Below, piece after piece: positions 13,326 through 23,261 of a DNA stretch of 23,261 bases (its first letter is position 1; every line of letters begins with the position of its first letter). The notes under the pieces are model-generated. The model ran no database searches. It was given only the letters and a program-made list of their open reading frames with translations, and was not told where the DNA came from. This stretch comes from Catajapyx aquilonaris (taxonomy: Eukaryota), in the NCBI GenBank assembly GCA_000934665.2, contig KZ538300.1, positions 62,001 through 85,261 on the forward strand, read 5' to 3'. Both the position numbers and the translations under genes were made by a program.

Positions 13326-13527
13326 CTGGTACTTCATCCTCCTTGTCCAGGTCTAAGAAGTATTCCTCCTCTTCATCTTTGTAAACCAGAGGGTCGTAGT
13401 AGTAGTTATCGAAGTGCTTCTTTCTGAGTCGCCTGAGATTTCCACTGAGTATAAGGATGTCTAAGCCTGTCAACTTCTTCTTGGTGGGTTTCTGCTCCAC
13501 TTTCTTGGCTGCTTGCTGCTTCCTAGT
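13326..13527 (-). CDS. Candidate internal exon of an unidentified minus-strand gene (TRKQQAAKKVEQKPTKKKLTGLDILILSGNLRRLRKKHFDNYYYDPLVYKDEEEEYFLDLDKEDEVP)
   Basis: It is bounded by the acceptor catttacag| (phase 0) and a perfect donor CAG|GTAAGT (phase 1). The frame is open, with G/C-ending codons (AAG, GAG, GAC, TAC) in an AT-rich background. Confidence 0.65.
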
Positions 13528-15104
13528 CTGTAAATGGTGTTTATAAAACAAGTGATATTAAAAACACATCGGTCTGGATTCACACAAAAAGGTGTAGAGG
13601 TTTACAATCTTTTGGTGTAGTTATGGGGCTAAACCATCTATTGATATGATCGCAGCAACTCCAACAAGCCCAAAGAGGAATGCCTTTTATTAATAGTCTA
13701 TATGTGAATCCAGTTCATGATTATGTAGAATAGTAGGCTACTTTCAACGTAGATTTCAAATGGTGAATTTAAAATTATCTGACCCCAAATGCGTCATAAA
13801 CCCAAGGCAATATGATAATTCCGTGTTGTACACATCACAATGGAATATAAGACTATTATTATTGCAAGTAGCTGTTCTATAACTTTTCAGCAGGGTGATG
13901 AAAGGTCAGGGGAGGTGGTAAAAACTATTTAAAATACCTTGTCGGACACAAATAAACTCCTAGTTCCATTGTGCTCGATGAAAATATGCCAGCACTATCC
14001 ATACACTGAAAAGGCACAGTACACTATTGTACAATACAGTGGCAGGCAGGAAACATCCCTCTGAGTACCCAGCATTAGGACATGTTACGCGAATAAGTAT
14101 ATAGGTAAGTTCAACTATATGCATATTAAATACTACAGGGCTACTAAAATATTTTAAAATTTAAGGGACGCTGTGTGTTATCGGAAATAAAATCTCCATT
14201 CACGCTATACCTTCATTCTGCATTTGGCCGACAGAGGTTGATATTCATTATTCGTTTTATGCGGATGTTGAAATGATTCAATGCTGAATAAACTGGTAAA
14301 TTATGCAATTACTGTGGAACATTATGTTTGTATTACAGTCTCATGTCAGTACATTTAGTCCACAAGGGTTTCATTATAATTATTCTGACATTAATCTGAG
14401 AACGAAAAGTCCATTTATGACAACAACCAGATCCTTGTGGTCCAGGTAGCTTATATTATACAATAATCTTAATAATAACTAATAATGTATAATAACTGCT
14501 GTAGCCTGTATGCTACAACACATTAGTAATATTAATACTGCAGTTGCTACGATCAAATGCCGCTGAGAAGCCTGTCTGTCAATATCTGAAAAAAATATGA
14601 AATCAATCTTAACACTATTTTTAAAACCCTGGATGATTGTCATTGAATGGACTTGTGCAACGAGTTACCCTCATTGTTTTTAAAATCCTTCAATATTTTA
14701 TTGTCAGGATTACGAGTATATTGACTTTTTTTCAGTGCGGAAATATGCTAATACCGAGTATCTATCTAGACTTGAGGAAATCCAGTTATATCCGGAAGGG
14801 CAGATTAACGTCTCTGGTTCACGGATTTACATGCTGATACAGGATTAGGTCTACACGAAGTTCTAATCGTTTGAATCAAATCAGAATGAAATGCCACATC
14901 TTCGGTAGGTCAACAAGTTATATATTATCCTGTCATGATATTCATAAAATTGCGTAAAATCCATTGAAAAATCGGAATGTCCAGAGAAGAATTGTATTAG
15001 GGTTACGATACAATGTCTATTAATCAATGGACAGCTTATTTAAACAATGGTTTGTAGCGCAACACCATGTCCATCTCTAATATATCCAGTAACTTCTTAG
15101 AAGA

Positions 15105-15194
15105 TACACGGAAATACATGACATCCCTACATTGAAATTATTACTGACGCATTGTCTGTAATTTCCATGTAGGGATATCATGTATTTCCGTGTA
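15105..15194. repeat. Inverted repeat: 36-bp arms (34/36 complementary), 18-nt spacer
   Basis: tacacggaaatacatgacatccctacattgaaatta (15105-15140) pairs with taatttccatgtagggatatcatgtatttccgtgta (15159-15194). Confidence 0.92.
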
Positions 15195-15817
15195 CCTTGG
15201 TTTCTTGGTTGAATGCTACTACATTATTTCCAGGATAATCTCCGCATCACAAGCTGTTTGTATTCTATTTCCAGGCCTGTTTTATTTGCCTGGCGGGCAA
15301 CAACCGGGGCCCTCGATTGTTAGTTTGGGATCCGGTTTTATTGGCTGAGTTTTTTTCACTGCAGGTGCTGGGTTGGATCACAAAATTCTGACATATTGTT
15401 TTAATATTAATTTTTATTAGTGCAGAATGCTTGGGTGTTTGTCACGCTTGTCCCGGTTACAATCGAAATACTTGTGATGCAGTTTTTGTGCCCACCAGCA
15501 GCAAGTTGGTGACCTTCGAGTAGGCAGGTTATTGGTATAGGCCACGTAAAAAATGCCTTGTCTGCATTGGAGGCAGTCTGCTCAGGCTCAAGGTTCGGGA
15601 CTGCAGCAGTAGGCCTCTTTCCCCCAGTTTTATTCCTCCATCGTTGTTTTTGTGACACTTTCATCAAAAGTCAGGGTCAGTTCAGTAGCTATATTTAGGA
15701 CCGTACAGATATGGTCTAAATTAATAATTCGACTCATAGAATATTTCGATAAGCAACTAATATTATCAGTTACAGTGTCAGAATACTACGGTAATCTTGC
15801 ATAGTGTCAGCAGAGGA

Positions 15818-15825
15818 ATGCAGCG

Positions 15826-15829
<4 letters not shown>
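15818..15829 (+). promoter_or_regulatory. Upstream micro-ORF ATG-CAG-CGA-TGA overlapping the tandem ALDH1L start codons
   Basis: In ggaATGcagcgATGATGctg, the uORF stop (15827-15829) overlaps ATG 15826 and ATG 15829. It matters only if it lies inside the mRNA leader. Confidence 0.5.
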
Positions 15830-20257
<4,428 letters not shown>

Positions 20258-20727
20258 TGCAAACTGAGCAGCAGTGAAGCTGGTGATTCGAGAAGAAAGT
20301 GATGCTGACGCTCATCAAATCTATCTAGAATCGCAACAATCACGTCATTACATGAATGTGGATATGTGGTTGGTACAGCATGTGATTATTGTACCGCCTT
20401 ACGTGTTACAAACTTCCTAAAATTTTTGGAATTTTTTTCGGGCCTTTATGGTAGGTAACGTTATTTGGAAGCAAAAATATTATTTCAGGCAGTAGGGTTT
20501 CATAAATTTGTTTGGTGTCAAAAGTGCTTTTGCTAATCAACATCAATTAAGTAAGTTATAGTCTAATGGCAATCTTCGGAGTAATTGAAATTCAGTACCG
20601 AACAAAATAAGGTAGAAAAACAGAAAAAAATATTAGGTTGAAATTTGAGACATTTTTGTTACACAGTTCATAAGATATTTCCAACTTGAGGGTTGGCATT
20701 ATTATGGAACTCTCATACCTTGCTGTT

Positions 20728-20733
20728 AATAAA
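20728..20733 (+). terminator. Candidate polyadenylation signal AATAAA for ALDH1L (alternative at 21093-21098)
   Basis: The hexamer lies about 470 nt after the stop codon in AT-rich 3'UTR-like sequence. Motif evidence only. Confidence 0.3.
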
Positions 20734-20837
20734 AAACTTTCTTTGAATAATGGGGATGAGAAGATTTGTTGCATCAAAAAAATGGTCATGCTTTAGAACC
20801 TTCACACAAAAACATAATCATCTGTACTTTCGATATC

Positions 20838-20898
<61 letters not shown>
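20838..20898. repeat. (TAT)~20 trinucleotide microsatellite
   Basis: An uninterrupted 61-nt TAT/ATT run is directly visible. Confidence 0.97.
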
Positions 20899-21655
20899 GA
20901 TCAACGACTGTGCATAAAGTAACGATATTTAAAAAATAAGCATCCGATTGTGTGTACTTATTTAGACAGTATACGTCACTGTTCGGAAGCAACGTACATG
21001 TTAAACAATAATATTCTGTATTGTAAAAATCTCTGTATTTAATATTGCACACATGCATTATGAATGTGCAAGTAAGTGACAGCTCTCTCTGGAATAAATA
21101 TGCGATGATTGTGTAATCACAGACATCATGAAACCATTAACATCACCAATTCTCAAAATTGTTGTTGGGAAACTTCAATAGCTGTGACTTGCACTGGCAT
21201 TAATCGCAGTATTGCAATAATATTATCTTCTCAGTTTTGAATACAGTTTGTGATAATATGACCATTCATTGGCCTTCAGGCTATGAGCAGTACTTCACAT
21301 GTAAGATGCTCATAAAATAGTTTAACTTCAAATGAAACTTATTAGACCCATAGGCTTGTTGGGCCAAGGTGTCTCATTAGGTAAATATAAATCTAATATA
21401 TATTTCAAGACCTATATCTGTCTGTCACCTAAACAGATCCATACGGAGGCCTCCACATGTGCCCCAGGGGTATCACCAGGGGTAGTTTTTTACCGGGAGT
21501 AGCATAGGCACATTGGAATTCACCTCCGAGGTCATCCTTGGCCACAGGAGGCGAAAAGGACTTTGGAACACTCTTCTAATAATGAGCCATTGGCTGTAAA
21601 CATCACCTGTCTTGGGTTACCGAGGCAACCACTGAATGCCCAAGGCCTTGAATCA

Positions 21656-21722
21656 CCCCCTCCCACCCCCCCCCCCCCTCCTGTCCCATGCACCCACCCT
21701 CCCACTCCCCCCCACCAACCCC
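21656..21722 (-). other. Low-complexity C-rich tract; G-quadruplex-capable on the minus strand
   Basis: The minus strand carries more than eight runs of 3 or more G within 67 nt. Confidence 0.7.
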
Positions 21723-21835
21723 GTTCCGTAATAATTAACTGTCCATATTTCATTATATTACAAACACAACAAAAAACACGTTCCCACGGCAACGACATTC
21801 CATCGCGGTCTACAAGCAGTTCCATAATCTACACC

Positions 21836-22341
21836 GGCGCATTAGCAAAAAAAAAAACCGCAACAATGAAGCCCTTGGAGACGACCTAAACAAACTCGCT
21901 TCTGCATGGGCAGCATAATTATGGGGATTCGACATGTCTACACTTCTGCGGCCGTACGGGCGCGAAAATTGTGCAATGGACACAGAAATTGCACCAAAAA
22001 ATAGGACATGATCAGGCGCAGGGCACCTTCGGCGTCATTTGACCATTTTCAGCCTAGAAGTGACCTTTTCATCGAGTTAAAGTGAGAGGAAAATGGCGTT
22101 CCCCAAAAGTCCATTTGAATAACATGCGGCAGGAAACGCGACAAAGTCGGGAACGCTTCTGCGTCCATATGTCCACAATTTTAATGCAATCATATCGAGT
22201 ATGGTGCCATATAGTAAAGGCCTAACCTTTGCGCAGGGCCCAGGGCACCATCTTCGTGATTTTCCCGATTAACAGTGCATTTCGCTACAAAAATATAAAA
22301 TTCCCTCAAAAATGCACCAACCGTATTTTTACTAATGCGCC
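21836..22341. mobile_element. Candidate non-autonomous DNA transposon (MITE) relic, about 506 bp
   Basis: Terminal inverted repeats ggcgcattagcaaaaa (21836-21851) and tttttactaatgcgcc (22326-22341) are 15/16 complementary. There is no coding capacity and no clear target-site duplication. Confidence 0.45.
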
Positions 22342-22792
22342 CCCTTAACCTTAACGTGGTGGTGGGCCTTGAGTTCTCCAGCGACCACATAGCTGCCTGC
22401 TGGCACAGTCATCCATGCCAGATTGGCCATTTTGGGGTTGGGGAATGACTAAGAGAGGTGCCAGTCTTTCAATGCTATTCTACATTTACTTCAAAACCTT
22501 CCATTTTTCATGACATACTTTTGCTGGATTTTTAAGGCGTATTGTGTACTCTCTCTTACAATCTGACATCCGCAGTTTGGTGTTTGGACTTCATGCACAG
22601 TCATGCAATATGCTCCATGTAACAGGTATGCCAACATTGTATAGCCATAATTATTTCGAAGGTTACTACCAAATCAATGACCTACATGGAAAAGTCTTTC
22701 ATAACCCGAGCAACGCCGGGTATCCTGCTAGTAGTATATATAAGTTATATAGTATATATAATAAAAAGTATGAGGTGCATAATTATGCAGAC

Positions 22793-22930
22793 CGTTTTGC
22801 CGCTTCCCTTGCTGGTGGTCTTAAGTCCCGAGGTCATTGACAAGGTCCTGCTGGCGCTGGCCCCGGCTGAGCTCTTCTTTCCCACCGCGGGGATGGATGG
22901 CTTGGCCGTAGCCACCGGCTTGGGCGGCAT
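22793..22930 (-). CDS. Candidate first coding exon of an unidentified minus-strand gene (MPPKPVATAKPSIPAVGKKSSAGASASRTLSMTSGLKTTSKGSGKT)
   Basis: This is a GC-rich, coding-like island starting at gcgATG, with an initiator-like TCAGTT about 85 nt upstream (23016-23011). It ends at a phase-0 ACG|GTCTGC, where composition switches abruptly to AT-rich. The donor is weak and I recognise no homology. Confidence 0.5.
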
Positions 22931-23261
22931 CGCTTCCCAGACTCCTCCAGTCCGCTGTCTCAACAGGGGTGCACTGCAACACCGTTCGAAAAGAGTAAAA
23001 GACACTTCCGAACTGATGCTCAAGCAGAGGAGGACATAAATCCAAACTGTTCGGTGGGAGAAGCGTTGCCAGATGCAGCGAGCTCTACCGCAGCGTCACA
23101 GTTGCCAGACGGATTTGCCCGCCGTTTTCGAACGTCAATCTCAGTTAGGAACAAATAATATGCGACAATGGGGAACTAGCCTTGGTCTGGGATTTGGGAT
23201 TTTTGTTCATAACTAGCTAGCCCATGCCCGTAAACATACATTCCATCACTCTGTTGCATCA

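Noticed and set aside
21563..21889. Proline-rich ORF and its Gly-rich antisense partner
   Set aside because: Both are by-products of the poly-C low-complexity tract.
22776..22789. Perfect 14-bp palindrome tgcataattatgca
   Set aside because: One such palindrome is expected by chance at this window length and AT content.

Overview
This is eukaryotic, intron-containing genomic DNA. An arthropod or similar invertebrate source is inferred from the short 58-90 nt introns, TCAGTT initiator-like motifs and the character of the proteins; the species cannot be determined. Two + strand genes can be rebuilt exon by exon. (1) A monoacylglycerol lipase-like alpha/beta hydrolase with 6 recoverable exons (8592-10854); its first coding exon was not found. 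(2) A complete 16-exon, 931-aa 10-formyltetrahydrofolate dehydrogenase (ALDH1L family, 15826-20257) with a mitochondrial-type presequence, one obligatory GC-AG intron and a 3-codon uORF overlapping its start. On the - strand, two phase-compatible Lys-rich exon candidates (22930-22793 and 13527-13326) suggest an unidentified gene whose ~9.3 kb intron would contain the entire ALDH1L gene. This is the most interesting unexplained signal, but it is an inference. The rest looks intergenic or intronic, with a (TAT)n microsatellite, near-perfect hairpins, a candidate MITE and G4-capable tracts. I saw no prokaryotic-type system (CRISPR, operon, defence island), tRNA or rRNA.
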